64,000 bases of DNA from Octopus sinensis (Eukaryota): NCBI RefSeq assembly GCF_006345805.1, contig NC_042998.1:189286001-189350000 (forward strand). The letters are read 5' to 3'. Every line of letters starts with the position of its first letter. The first letter of the stretch is position 1. Shown in pieces: positions 23,501 to 36,917 of this stretch. Made by a program: the position numbers and the translations under genes. The notes under the pieces are model-generated. The model ran no database searches. It had not been told where the DNA came from and was given only the letters and a program-made list of their open reading frames with translations.

Positions 23501-24899
23501 TGGTTGCATAACGAGATATGGTGTCCCTATGAGTAATTAACTTTATTTTATTCTCAGATCAGCTCTGATCAAGAAGTCCTATGATCAAAGCCAGTCCAGT
23601 CAAGACCATCCCAACCTTTTTTACAAATGTAATGCATCTAAGGCTACATTATCCAATGTGATGAGGGAGATTTGGCTGTTAGTTCTAACAGGTCAAGCTA
23701 GTGTGGGAAACCCCATATTATGTAAACAGCACTGAGTAACATGTGAGACCAGAATGGTGCGACATGTGAGCAGCCTCTTGTGAAAATAGTGTAATACAGA
23801 GTTTTGTGTTTGATGTAAATGTGTAGGTCATGTGACTGAATTAGCAGAAATGTTTTGTACACCACCAAGAAGTTCAGAAAAGTCTGAGTCTCCTATTTAG
23901 TTGGCAACAAGTCAAGAAATACAATTAAAATCTTGAAGACTTCGTCGCTAATAGTCAAACATCTTATTTTCTTTGTTTCACTTTTTATATTTTGTTTTAA
24001 TGGTAAACACACAATTATCTTAATTATCTCTTAATTAATTAAGAGTGGTAATGAAACAATTAACATTATTCAGATCAGCTAAAACTAAAACTATTTTTGG
24101 TGAGATACAAATATACAAAAAGTAATTTAAAGATATACTTGTCCAATAATGAAATAATAGAAGTTCCTCCCACGATAGTGATAAATATTCCATGTCTAAG
24201 AATGAATCTCTCTCTCTCTCACACACACAAACTATTGAAAAATAATATGCTAAAAGTTCTATAAATATCAATTAGTATTTATCCACAAAGGTAGAAAGTA
24301 ATATCTATTTGCAAATTTTAAAAACTTGGCTACTTAGCTCAATAAAAAAAACCCTGAAACTTTTGACTGCATGAGCACACATACAGAGAGTGTATGGATG
24401 CTTGTGTATGAGCAGAGGAGGGGTATTGTAGGCTAATTCTACATATGCTGCCTGACAAGCAAACACAAGCGACTAAATCTTCAAGTTGCACCTAATGTAT
24501 CTGGCTATTTGCCAAATTTCCACTATTTTCATTTACCCAACTTTGTCTCTTTGCTCTAACTTCTCACTAAAACAAGGTAGTTTTCTATTCTACAATTAAA
24601 CAATTATTCAAGAGAAATATGACTCACCAAAGTCTTATTCCAGCTGAAGTCTTAATTAATACAGAATGATGGTTGTGTCATTATGGCACTGAAGCTTTCA
24701 GACTATGGTTACAAGTTTCAATTTAAACACTAATGCAGAGCAGCACTCACAAAGAATATTATATCAGCCCTTGCAAAATTAGTAGAAATTACATAATCCT
24801 CTCATTGTAGTTTGAAAATAAAATAAATTAATGGCTTTCCACATTGTTTCAGGTTAAGTCCTACCACATGACATCTTGGACATATATCTTCTACTGTAA

Positions 24900-25480
24900 C
24901 TCCAAGCTGCCCAAAGCCTTGTCAGTGATTTTGAAAGACAGAAACTTAAAGGCTTCAGAACCTGTTGTCAAAGAAAGGTGGTCTGAACAGAAAGTCATGT
25001 TACGTGTTTGGTGGAATTTTGAGGGAGTGTCGTTGCACCTTGAGCTTGTCCCAGACAATCATGTTGTGAACACTAACCTTTATGCTCAACAACTGCAGCA
25101 ATTATATGAGGCTTTGAAAGTGCACTACCCAGTATTGGTCAATCGAAGACGCACACTGGTTGTATGACAATGCCCCAGCACACACTGCCAATGAGACCAA
25201 GCACAAACTTGAGGGTCTGAAAGTGTTGCCAACCCAACTTACAGTTCAAACCTTGTGCCATCAGATTAGCACCTTTTCGGAGCCATGACTCATTTCCTGC
25301 ATGGACAGAGGTTCAACGATGTAGACAAGGTTGAAAATGAGTGCAGGGAGTTTTTTTTTTACCTCTAAACCAGCCAAATGGTATGAGCATGGAATTGAGC
25401 TTCTGGCACAACAATGGCAAAAGACAATAGAATATGATGGCATATTTTTTGATGAATTAATGTTTTTCCATAGTAATTTT
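24900..25480 (+). mobile_element. Decayed mariner (D,D34D) transposase
   Basis: KVMLRVWWNFEG, YDNAPAHTA, PSD*HLF and WYEHGIELLAQQWQKTIEYDG motifs. Confidence 0.85.
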
Positions 25481-26289
25481 TTTCAACTATTAATTAAAAC
25501 CTGAAATACAGAAAAACCTGGTATTTCTGTAGTTTGCACATTAAATGGCAAAGAGCTTGCCAACTCAGACATAATGAGCACTTTGGGGTGAAAAGAAAGT
25601 AAAAGAAGGTAGAGAGAAAACAACACGAGAGAGAGAGAGATAAATAAAGTCATGTAACTGTCACAGACAATAACCTTACTTCTTGAGAAACATGAAGTAC
25701 AAAATACTGAATTATTGTTAAAGCTTCAAAAACCAGAATGAAAAACAATGAGCTGATATATCTCAAGAATCCTTAAAGTGTACTATTAATTAGTTCATAT
25801 ACTCAATATATATTTAATTGACCTTATGAGTAATAAGCCCAAATCTTGAAAATGAAAAAACTGAAAGCATGGTCATGCATGAAGTATCTTTACAAACTGA
25901 TCTGTTACCTTAGATTTGTCTTCTGTAACAATTGTCCCTGCAGCTTTAGCTAATCAATATCTCAGTTATCATTAGTAATGGTTCATTAATCCAAACAAAA
26001 TAAATTTAAGGTGGAAGACTTAACTAGAAAATACATAACTATAACACCAGCAATAACCTATATCAGTATGAAAAGGCAATAACCTACAACCAAACCATAA
26101 ACTAAAGTACTAAATTCCATTAATAGGTATAAAGTTGATATTCTCCTGTACTTTTTGTCAATACTCTTTAATAATATTTGAACAAAAGCTTTGTATTTGT
26201 CAGAAGTGAAAAAATATTCCTTCACTTCCAAAATTTTAAATATTTGAAAGCAAATACTCCTTAATCTTCTTGAGTCTTATTCACCACCA

Positions 26290-26760
26290 ATCCCCAAAAC
26301 AGCCAGATAAACTGGAAACCTAGTTTGTTACACCTCACACCTGGAGTTTCTCACCCACAATAACAGTTATGTTATAGCCTTGACATCAGTAAAGTGTTAA
26401 ATTGTGACTGAAACAAGAACCTCCTTACTATTGTTATCAACCTATGGACTCCCATTTGTCTCATCTCTTGGAGTGGAAGTTTCTTATTTGATCATTCAAT
26501 CACAGTGTATCAACAGAACTCTCTCCAATCCACATTCTAGTAACCTTAGCACACCTTAGAGTTCAGCTGTCTCTCATACTACTCCCGCTATTACTTCCTT
26601 GCTATTACCCCTAACCACAAACTAACTCCTAAGCAGACAATACCACAATCAAATCTTCCATACACATTCATCATCAACACAACCTAGACACACCATATCT
26701 ACACTGGGATCCAGTAACACAATTGTCCAACATATTTTCTTGTACTTCAAATTTTCTTCC
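26290..26760 (+). mobile_element. Very decayed CR1-like RT fragment
   Basis: Faint 'ialDiSK' and 'YGLP' motifs only. Confidence 0.3.
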
Positions 26761-27054
26761 TAACTGCCAACTCTACCATTGTTTACATATAAATTGAAAA
26801 GAATGGTGGCCAATACCAACATATTTTGTATCTGCCTTTGTATCTATTTAATGAAAATGGCTTCTAAGAGTAACTAAGTTAAAAAAAACTGTGAAAAAAA
26901 AAGTATGTAACTAACATAGCAACAGGAAACTGAAAAAAAAATACAGTAAATGGGAATTGGAAAACTATTATAAATCCTTCAACAGTTTATAACATTAAGT
27001 TTAACAAAAATACTGGTACTATGGAGAATTGCAGGCTTTCATTTAGGTGTTTCA

Positions 27055-27235
27055 TCATCATCATCGTTTAGCGTCCGCTTTCCATGCTAGCATGGGTTGG
27101 ACAGTTTAACTGGGGTCTGGGAAGCCAGAAGGCTGCACCAGGCCGTCTGATCTGGCAACGTTTCTACGGTTGGATGCCCTTCCTAACGCCAAGCACTCCA
27201 TGAGTGTAGTGGGTGCTTTTTACGTGCCACCGGAC
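27055..27235 (-). mobile_element. RTE 3' tail (reverse)
   Basis: (ATC)n then GTTTAGCGTCCGCTTTCCATGCTAGCATGGGTTGG. Confidence 0.8.
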
Positions 27236-27890
27236 GAGACTTTAAATACGGTAATCATTTGCCATATTGCGGTTCACCTATTGCACCCTCAGTACATCGC
27301 AGATTTTTTTGGCTAATATATGTAAATTTATATCGCGGACTCCTCAGTATATTGTGGATTTCTGCAGCCAATAAATATTTATATGTTTTAGATTTTAATC
27401 ATTTTTGTGGTAAAATAAGCATTTTCACACCTAATAATTAATAAATATATATTTCTTTATTGCCCACAAGATGCTAAACATAGAGGGGACAAACAAAGAC
27501 AGACGAAGGGATTAAGTCGATTACATCGACTCCAGTGCGAAACTGGTACTTTATTTATCGACCCCGAAAGGATGAAAGGCAAAGTCGACCTTGGCGGAAT
27601 TTGAACTCAGAACGTAACGACAGATGAAATACTGCTAAGCATTTCGCCCGGCGTGCTAACGTGTCTAGTACTGCACAGTATAACACATTAATTAAAATAT
27701 ATTAAAAGAAAATATGTAGTGTACCGTAGATGAGTAAACAAAGAACAGCACATACTGTATGGAAAATGGAACTTGGGAGGCAAGTGTGTGGTGTTGTCTT
27801 GCATTTATAATAAAATAAATATATACAAATTATGAAAATAACTTTTAAAAAGATACAGTATGGTACTGTTTCTACTTCACAGACTTTCAC

Positions 27891-28004
27891 CTGTTGCAGC
27901 GGGGTTCTTGAACATAACACCCGCAATAGTTGAGGGATTATTGTATAACACTGTAAGTGAACTTAGTTTGTCTAGCAAAAATAATTCAAAAGATACTGAG
28001 GCTG
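27891..28004 (-). CDS. Candidate cassette exon of the FAM193A-like gene (ASVSFELFLLDKLSSLTVLYNNPSTIAGVMFKNPAAT)
   Basis: Acceptor tttttcag|CAG (NAGNAG) and donor ACAG|GTGAAA; 114 nt, phase 1/1, stop-free in the frame linking exon 2 to the 12671 exon. I recognise no homology. Confidence 0.35.
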
Positions 28005-29179
28005 CTGAAAAATATACAGTATGTTATATATTTGACAACATGGTTAATTGTGGTTTAAGTTTTTCTCTGGATCTATAACTATGCATTTTATAGAACGCAA
28101 GTTTTTAATTTTTTAAGACTGAGTTTCTAATATGATAGAGGAGTAAGACTACTGACGATAAGATCTTGAGTACAACCCTTGTGTTATACACCTGCAGCAG
28201 ATTTGCAAGCTTGACTAACAATAGGTGCCATGCTTTCTACAGATTGTTAGCATTCAGCTATAAAAAGGACTGCACTGGCAATAATACAAAAACAATTATG
28301 TGAGCATGAAAAAAAATAATTGTAGAAACACCAAAGGAAAAAGAAGCACAACTCTACAGAACTGGCACAGCTAAAACATAATGTATACACTCAATTGAAC
28401 AGTTTCTAGCCAAAAATTTTATGGAAAGAATTAATGTTATATTCCGATGAGCCACCGTAAATCGAAATTGGTACTTAGCTCAAGTTTCTGAAGCATAACA
28501 TCTAGTGTTTATGCACAAGAGGTGAAAAGAGGTGCATATAATAAAATGTACCCGTCAAACAAAAACGAACAACAAATCTATTGGGTATCCAATTAACTTA
28601 TCCTTTTGGTAATTTCCCTCATATTACTTACATGCTCAAATTTTTACTACTCTACCACATCACTACTAGTTCTTTTAACTGTGTCTTAACAACTCCACAT
28701 TGTAAATTTGAAAACACATATTGTGTTACAGTGTACTGATACAACAAATCATCATTGGGGGAACATGAACTTCTGTTATATGTACTGGCAGTGCAATACA
28801 TTCGCCTGTTGGTCATTTTGCCACTTACAAGATAATAAAGCGAAGGGGGAAATGAACACATTTTCCTTAAAGAGATAATGGTGATTAAAGTGATTATGTG
28901 TATCCTACCCAAATACTACATACATAGAAAAAGAGATGCAACAGCTGATTATGATGGAAAACAAATCGAATTTCTGTATACTTCCAAATTACTCGTAAAA
29001 TTATTAATAATCTTGTATCTTTTAAAGAGATAAAAATTCCCACTAACTTTTTAGTGTTGTCTAAGACTCGTTGGCTTGTTCATAAATTTGGTGGTTATTT
29101 AGCACTAGAACTATTCTGATAAAGCTGTGACATCCTGTATTGTATTTATCTCAGACATAGTATGTGTGTGTGTATATAT

Positions 29180-29232
<53 letters not shown>

Positions 29233-29940
29233 AATACACCATTTTTAAGATGGGGTGGGATTTAAGGTTGGTTTACCTAATGCTTTTAGTAGGTTGAGCA
29301 ACTACCTAGAGGTTATCTAACTGGTTCATTATAGATCATATTCATACCATCATACTTTGAAATAATAACCATTTCCACTTGATGCCTTCTCCTACAACTA
29401 ACCACTCAACTATAAAGTTTTTTTGTTCAGTCAAAGAACAGGAACAAATAAAACAGCCCTGTTCAAATGCAGAAAACAACATCTTAGCTACATTTTGTCT
29501 GATATTTTCCCCAATTCCAGTGGTTGTATGTTGTTAATAACAGGAAAATAGAAAAATATACTTTTTGAACACTAGAAACTACAATAAATGAATTAAATGA
29601 GCCAACAAGGAAGTTTCTATGCAGCCACTCAACCTGCAAGACATAGCAAACAAATCTATCTCACTTCACATTATAATGGCTGAGAAAAAAAAATCAGATA
29701 ATTTAATCCTCAATGCCTCTAAAAAGATGGGATGATCACATTTGAAATGCCTTTTGTTAGAGAGATCAGAACTGACCTAAAACTGAAACAACAGGTAGAT
29801 CAAAATCTTGCAAAAAAAAAAGTGGAGAAACAGATATAAAGGAAACAAAGAAAAAAAAAGGAGGATAAAAACAATAGGCATCATTCATAAAACTATTCTC
29901 ACCTTCTTGAAATGACACTTCATCAAACAATGTTACTTAC

Positions 29941-30079
29941 CAGATTTCATCCAATCAGCTTGAGGCAAAGACGCTTGCTTCTCACAACTACACAAAAGGC
30001 ACTTATCCTTATCCATATAAGAATTTAGTCCCCTGTTACTTAGCAGCACCGGTAATGTCCGATTTTCCTTCTGGATTTC
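29941..30079 (-). CDS. FAM193A: FAM193A-like exon 2 (EIQKENRTLPVLLSNRGLNSYMDKDKCLLCSCEKQASLPQADWMKS)
   Basis: Acceptor ttttgcttttag|GAA and donor TCTG|GTAAGT; 139 nt, phase 0 to 1. DKCLLC resembles the FAM193A DYCLLC motif. Confidence 0.88.
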
Positions 30080-30169
30080 CTAAAAGCAAAACATAAAATA
30101 AATAATTTCAAATGAGTAAGAGAATATGAATGAGAGGATGTGTGAGTGCATGAGTACATTGATCATGTC

Positions 30170-30530
30170 AGAGAGAGGGAGAGTGTGTGAGAGGGAGAGT
30201 GTGTGTGAGGGAGAGTGTGTGTGAGGGAGAGTGTGTGAGAGGGAGAGTGTGTGTGTGTGTGTGAGTGTGTGTGTGAGAGAGAGAGTGTGAGAGGGAGAGT
30301 GTGTGTGAGGGAGAGTGTGTGTGAGGGAGAGTGTGTGTGTGTGTGTGAGTGTGTGTGTGTGAGAGAGAGTGTGTGTGTGGGAGAGAAACTGATAGAGAGA
30401 GTACATGTGAAAGAGAGAGAATATGTGAATACATTCAAAAGAGAAAGTACATGAAAGAGTACATCTAAGAGAGCAAGTACAGGTGAGTGAGAGAGAGAGA
30501 GAAAGAGAGAGTACATGTGTGAAAAAAATT
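30170..30530. repeat. Compound GA/GT minisatellite (unit about GAGGGAGAGTGTGTGT)
   Basis: Tandem units visible directly; source of the HT/SL-repeat pseudo-ORFs. Confidence 0.9.
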
Positions 30531-30867
30531 AGCAAAAAAGAGTGATTGTAGGTATGTGTTAGAAACTAGCAGAGAAATGTGCAAAATTCTTTTAAAATTT
30601 TAGAACCTTGTCTAAGAACCCATTTACCTGAACCAGCATTTTGATTGAGGCTCTAAAATCTAAAAGGAAATTTAACCCCCATAAAGATTTTCATCATAAT
30701 TTTTTTTTCATGCTATACAAATTACATTACAATAATACAAAACATTATACTAATACCTACAAAGTACTAGATTCTGATATCAACTAGAGAGTAATAATTT
30801 CTGTCTTAGACATAAGACCACAATTTTGAGAAGAAAGAGGCACAGTCAATTAGATGGACCAAGTACG

Positions 30868-31095
30868 TTAACCCTATTGCATTTAAACCAGCCATATCTG
30901 GCCAAAATATTCTACCTGCTTTGTGTTCAAATTGACCAAATCTGGCCCCTCACACCTGTCCTACAATGTCATTCTAAAAATAAACTACCATGTCATCAGA
31001 ATCTTGAAGTGACAAGATAATTCATGACGAATCTGAAACAATGTGAATAGATGAGCATTACATTTAACAGGATGATCTGAATGCTAAAGGGTTAA
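30868..31095. mobile_element. piggyBac-like MITE
   Basis: TTAA|CCCT...AGGG|TTAA termini. Sister copies at 31993-32200 (complete) and 42348-42480 (truncated). Confidence 0.75.
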
Positions 31096-31608
31096 TAGCA
31101 TTTTATTTTATCAACCATGGAAGAATGAAAGGTAAAGTTGACTTCAACAGAACTTGAACTCAAAATGTAAGGAGCAGGAATAAATGCTGTAAGGCATTCT
31201 TCTCGTGCTCTTACAAGTCCATCAGCCCTCTGTCATTATGTAAATTATTAATAATGATTCAATACAGGCATGAGGCCATAAATTTTGGTAGTGTGTATAG
31301 TTGACTATATCAACCGAAATACTTCACTATCATCCCTAGAATGATGAAAGCAATGTCATCTTATTTGGCTCATTTGGAGTTCACTTTGTGGAATTATTTA
31401 TTATAATACAAATACATGTCTCCACAAGTAATATTTTAATCATCCTAATTTGAGAATAATTCAAAGCATTATTTCTTACAAATAAACATTCATAGACACA
31501 TGTATGCCAAAATACACAATTTCTGGAACAGAAAATAGATCTGCATGTCCAGTAATAGATTAAAGCAACACAAATTAATCCTTATCAACTAATTCTTTTT
31601 TATGAATA

Positions 31609-32440
31609 GACAGTGTATGGCCAATTATACAGATTTCTTTCAAATACGCAATGAAGCACAATTTATGTGGGTTTGTAGTATGTAGCTGTATGAATTTATC
31701 CTCATATATTAATGGTATATCCACTTCAATAAAGTATGAAATTCAATTCTTTAAAGCTAATTCATTCAGCTACTTCACTACAGGTCTCAGAAAAAAAAAG
31801 GAAAAAATAAAAGAACACATATACAAGAAGCAAGTAACAGATAAATTTGGGAGATGCACTTTAACAACACACTCATGGTTCATTTCAGAATAGCAAGCTA
31901 AGTGCTACACACCAAAAACAAATATTTGAAATACTGAAACCTGGCTACTGCTAAGCATTTGTGAAAATAAACAAACACGATATTCGATGACTTTAACCCT
32001 ATAGCATCTAAACTGGCCATATCAAGCCCAAATATTCCATATGTTTTAGGCTCAAACCATCTAGATCTGGCCTCTCACATCTAACCTACAATGTCATTCT
32101 AAGCACAGAATCTAAACGCAATGAGATCATTTGTGATTAATTCAAAATGATGTGGATAAGTTTTCTATTTGACAGAATAATCTGGATACTAAAGGGTTAA
32201 GAAATCTGAATTAAAATGCATGAATTCGTTTTGGGAAATGTTAAAACCTTATTTTTTGCCTAACATTTTTAGCCTTCCTCATTCTGATGTGCTTAGTTCT
32301 TTAACATTACACTATTTCACTTGAAAGAAAAAAAGTGGGCAGTTTTATCAAAACTTTACTTATTACAGGTGAGTGTGTGCATGTGTGTGCACCTGTAATA
32401 AGTATTTGAAAGAAATCTGTATAATTGGCCATACACTGTC
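31609..32440. mobile_element. TA-flanked Tc1/mariner-type MITE with perfect 39-bp TIRs, containing a nested piggyBac-like MITE
   Basis: 31609-31647 is the exact reverse complement of 32402-32440, with TA at 31607 and 32441; nested element at 31993-32200. Confidence 0.85.
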
Positions 32441-33639
32441 TATAATTGGCCATACACTGCCTATAATTGGCCATACACTGCCCACTTTTTTTCTTTTAAG
32501 TGAAATAGTGTAATGTTAAAGAACTGCACACACACACACAGAGGATGTTAGGCTAAATTTGACATTTTATGCTACCTTTTTTCAAGAACAGTCAATGGCA
32601 TTGGAGAGCATAAAGATTAAAGTTGCAGTTGAGAAAAACTTAGCTGACAACTCTGGAAAGCAGTTTTGTAAGAGAGTCATTATAGTTCATTAGCCAAGGC
32701 ACTGCAGTACCACTCGCCAATAAGACAAACACTGACAAAATGTGAGTTGGTTTTGGGAGACATGTTGGTAGAAAAAAAGAAGTGCACCTTATAAGCTATC
32801 AAATATAAATTATTTTCAACAAGCAAAAATCATACTTTGGATTAAATAAGATGCAAAAGGAATAAGAGTATCAAAAACAAAATATTTAAATAAATTAGAA
32901 GTTGATATCAAAACCAGACGTGTGACTGTTCCATTATATAATAGCATTTCAATACATGTAACAAGATGTAAATAAACATTATAAATTCAATTTAACTGAA
33001 TGTGTAATTTAACAAGGGATCCCCCATACTGCTGCTAAACCTGCCAGAAATAGTAAACACATTTTTAAACAGTACCCTATTGTCTTAATAAATGGAAGGT
33101 CACATTACATGATCATAACTGGAATGCCTTTGACCAAAGGTCTATTAGGGATGATGTGTGATTAAAAAGACTATATTTTAAATTTTGCATGAATTGGTTT
33201 TTCCTTTTTTCTTTTTTTTACTATACTATATTAAGTGATTCTACAATCAATTTGTTTGGTGTGTGCATTTTTGTACCTAAATACCTTATCTAATACTAAT
33301 AGATTATGAAAAATTACATCTAATACCATAATTTACATGAAATACCTTGTGTCATATCAAGTGAAATAAAATCATCCTAATTCAAAATAAAATCTTATGT
33401 AAGACCATTAAACACATGAAAATGTTCTTTGCAATGGAACCACATCAGTGACGAAGTCACAATACTTTTGATACCAAATAACCAATGTTTAAGTGAAGTT
33501 AATAGCTTAAGAAATTATTTATAAAAATATAATTGGTTTGGGCTTGTACAAGTTCTGGCTATGCAGGGACACCACTATATCTTAACATTTCCAATGACAA
33601 ATAATAGATTTATTTTGATTGTCCTGTTATAAACAGAGA

Positions 33640-35150
33640 TATTCAAAATAGGTAATCAGTTTGTTTTTTGGGGGTTTTTTTTTCCTGTCTGACACATGGC
33701 AGCTCCAGCAATGCTGCCATGTCAGACAGGTTTGCAGTACATTGTACCACAAATGCTACCCTCAAACATACGCCACTTCATCATTGAAACCAAAAGATCC
33801 TTAGACACGACCACACTACTATTTTCTCGTGTTTTCCTTTCCCACAGCTACCTCCTACATTCAACACAAGGTTCATATTCATCAACAGTAGTGATCTACT
33901 TGTTAATTGGCCAGCAGCTTTCTCAGCTCACTTCCATACCATCCTTTATGTAAGTCGATGTTATGCAATTCAGCAGCTCATACTTAACCAGTAACTGCCC
34001 TTCTGCCTCTGCCAATCTTCCACACTAAATATCTCTCACGCTGCCATACAACATTACACTTCTTGTACATGCTTCATGTAGTTTGCCATACTTCACAAAG
34101 AGAGAAAAGCTTTATTGCCAGCAAAATTAACACTTAAAACTGCTTCTATCCCATTCTTACTCTAACTACTATTCTTGCACTTACAACCACTTCCAGAACT
34201 AATTATATTACATAGATTGCAGAAGCTGTCTACTACATCTAGTGAACCATTTGAGCAGTCTATACTTTTCATTTCAAGGTTACTTCTGCTTGCCAACTAC
34301 TTCAGTGCATCTGGCATTTCTAATGCCCTGGTCCTCTGTCAATACTTCTGTGCCCATTGCTAGCTTAAAATACTGATTATTAAATCTATAACAAACTCCC
34401 TTCAATATTTCAATATATTTAGCAAAGTCACTTCCCAGATGTTACTGAATTATTGTGGCATTTGTTAGTAACAAGTAGACATGCCTTTGTTACATTAACT
34501 TTTAAGCTTTCCAGCTCCACACTACCCTTCCAAGTTTTAATTTTTTTTTTCTTTTCTGTAGCTCTTTGACAGACTCTGCAATGAGAATCAAATCATCAGC
34601 ATATAAATGTTCCCAAGATCTTGTTCAGAACTTAAGCATGATTGGAGAAAAACTGGTGGGAGGAGGCTACAGACAAAATGATTAACTTTTATATCCCTAA
34701 CTACTACACTAGTTCACTGCTCCAGTAGTGTGCAACAATTCTAATTAAATGTCAGCATATGAAAACCCTCTTTGTTTATCAATCTAAATTCAACAACCAA
34801 CTAATCTATGCAGTGAATCATCACATTTTTCACAAGGCAGAGTATTTGGGCTTCACAACCATTTCTTTCTCTCTCCTCCTGGTCAAACTGAAAGTCAATT
34901 TGGTCCTCCTTTCTACCAAAATAGTTGATTACTAACTGGTTGGCTAATATCAGTGTAACAGATGGTAATATCATGTATATCACATAACTACGGGGAGTCT
35001 TTGTTTCTTTATCAATAACTTGCACTTTTGCCATCACCTCACTGCATGCTTCTGTATTCAACATAATATTACTCATCAATATAACTATTAACCCTTTTGT
35101 TACCAGGTTTCTGTTGAAATACACTACTTTTGTTTCAATTAACTTTGAAT
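33640..35150 (-). mobile_element. Decayed RTE LINE RT region
   Basis: Antisense remnants of the LFIC/YADD region, KYLGD-like and RWYGH-like motifs; similar to 13620-14940. Confidence 0.55.
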
Positions 35151-35159
35151 ATACGCCCA

Positions 35160-35478
35160 GACCGGGCGTTGTGAGTGTTTATTGAGCGAAAACACCTAAA
35201 AGCTCCACGAGGCTCCGGCAGGGCATGGTGGTGATCCCTGCTGTACTCTTTCACCACAACTTTCTCTCACTCTTACTTCCTGTTTCTGTTGTACCTGTAT
35301 TTCAAGGGGCCGGCCTTGTCACTCTGTGTCACGCTGAATATCCCCGAGAACTACGTTAAGGGTGCACGTGTCTGTGGAGTGCTCAGCCACTTACACGTTA
35401 ATTTCACGAGCAGGCTGTTCCGTTGATTCGGATCAACCGGAACCCTCATCGTCATAACCGACGGAGTGCTTCCAGTCC
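35160..35478 (+). mobile_element. Young SINE (third family)
   Basis: CpG-rich 320-bp insert. Its 5' part also occurs reversed at about 11705-11790, next to a GGTTCGAATC B-box. Confidence 0.6.
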
Positions 35479-35699
35479 AATGTAGATCACGTTAACTTTA
35501 AAACGGAATTTGTATCATAAAACGAGATGTGGCCTCAAGTGATTGTATAAAAAGGTTTAACTCTGCAGCTAATGATAACAATATTATTAACATCTACTTT
35601 TAATGTGTTTTGCATTATATTTCATACAACTGATCCTTTCTTTCATCCAATAATCCTATCTGCTGAGCATAAGTAGCTAAATATCCAGTATATTGTCTA

Positions 35700-36917
35700 T
35701 GTGGCAGTATCAAAAAGTTCCCAGACAAGTTCTGCAGCACATGGTTGATATGCAGTGAGAACTAGCATTGACCTTCCTGACACAGTGTACCAAGTGACAT
35801 CGTTATGTATACTTCACAAGTTGCAAAATTTGTGTTTTTCTGATCACGTATATGCTGTAATCTACGATTTGTCATGGACAGGAACAAAAAGCCAACGTGA
35901 AATTTTGCGTTAACTTGAGAACTCTGCTACAGAGACATTGAGCATGCTTTGGCAAGCTTAAGGCAATGAGGCAACGGGTCATATGCAATGTATCAAGTGG
36001 CATGGGCACTTCAAAAGCACAAGAACGTCCATGGAAGACAATGAGCAATCTGGAAGACCTACCATAAGCGTCACCCCCGAAAGTGTGGCATTGCGCATCA
36101 AGAACTCATCCCCCAGGGCCAGGCTGTCAATCGAGAGTTCTAATGCAACATTTTTAAGTGTTTGAGGGAGAACATTTGGTAAAAGTGACCAGATCTGTGT
36201 AGTGTGAAGAATTGGATTCTTAATACAACAACCCACCCTGTCACCGATCTCTCCTCACTCTTTGAGTTTCTTGCCAAAAACAACATGGTATCACTTCTGC
36301 ACCTGCCCTATTCACCAGATTTAACACCTGCAGACTTCCATCTCTTCCGCAAGATGAAAATGCAGCTCAAAGGTCACCATATTAACACTGCTGTCAAGAT
36401 CCAGAGCAAATTGCAGAAAACAACTTCCAGACTGGATTCCAAAAGTAGTAGGAAAGCTGAGACTGGTGTATTGCTGCACTAGGTGACTATTTCAAAGATG
36501 ATGTTGAAACTTAGATAAATAAGTTATTTTTTATTAAACATCAAAATCAAAATCGATCAACATCAATGGAAATTGCAGCTGTGATACCAGTGCCAGTGGT
36601 ACGTAAGAGAACCTTCCGAACGTGACCGTTGCCAGTGCTGCCCCGACTGGCCTAGTGCCGGTGGCACGTAACAAGCACCATCCGATCGTGGCCGTTTGCC
36701 AGCCTCATCTGGCACGTAAAAAGCATTCACTACACTCACAGAGTGGCTGGCGTTAGGAAGGGCATCCAGCCGTAGAAACACTGCCAGATCAGACTGGACC
36801 TGGTGCAGCCTTCTGGCTTCCCAGACCCCAGCTGAACCATCCAACCCATGCTAGCATGGAAAGCAGATGCTAAACGATGATGATGAACTGGTCCTGGAAT
36901 CTTTTGATACCACCTCA
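35700..36917 (+). mobile_element. Decayed mariner element with both TIRs and TA TSDs, interrupted by an RTE tail (36541-36886)
   Basis: TA|TGTGGCAGTATCAAAAAG ... CTTTTGATACCACCTCA|TA; motifs WHGHFK...EDNEQSGRP and HLPYSPDLTPADFHLF. Confidence 0.85.

Noticed and set aside
25889-25940. 29-nt micro-exon candidate (CAG|GGACAATT…TCTAAG|GTAACA)
   Set aside because: Its phase 1 to 0 would break the frame with the better-supported 12671 exon; no other support.
30080-30535. His/Thr/Ser/Leu repeat ORFs, also those at 46125-46576, 55099-55575, 60120-60739 and 61730-62550
   Set aside because: Translations of stop-free microsatellites, not genes.
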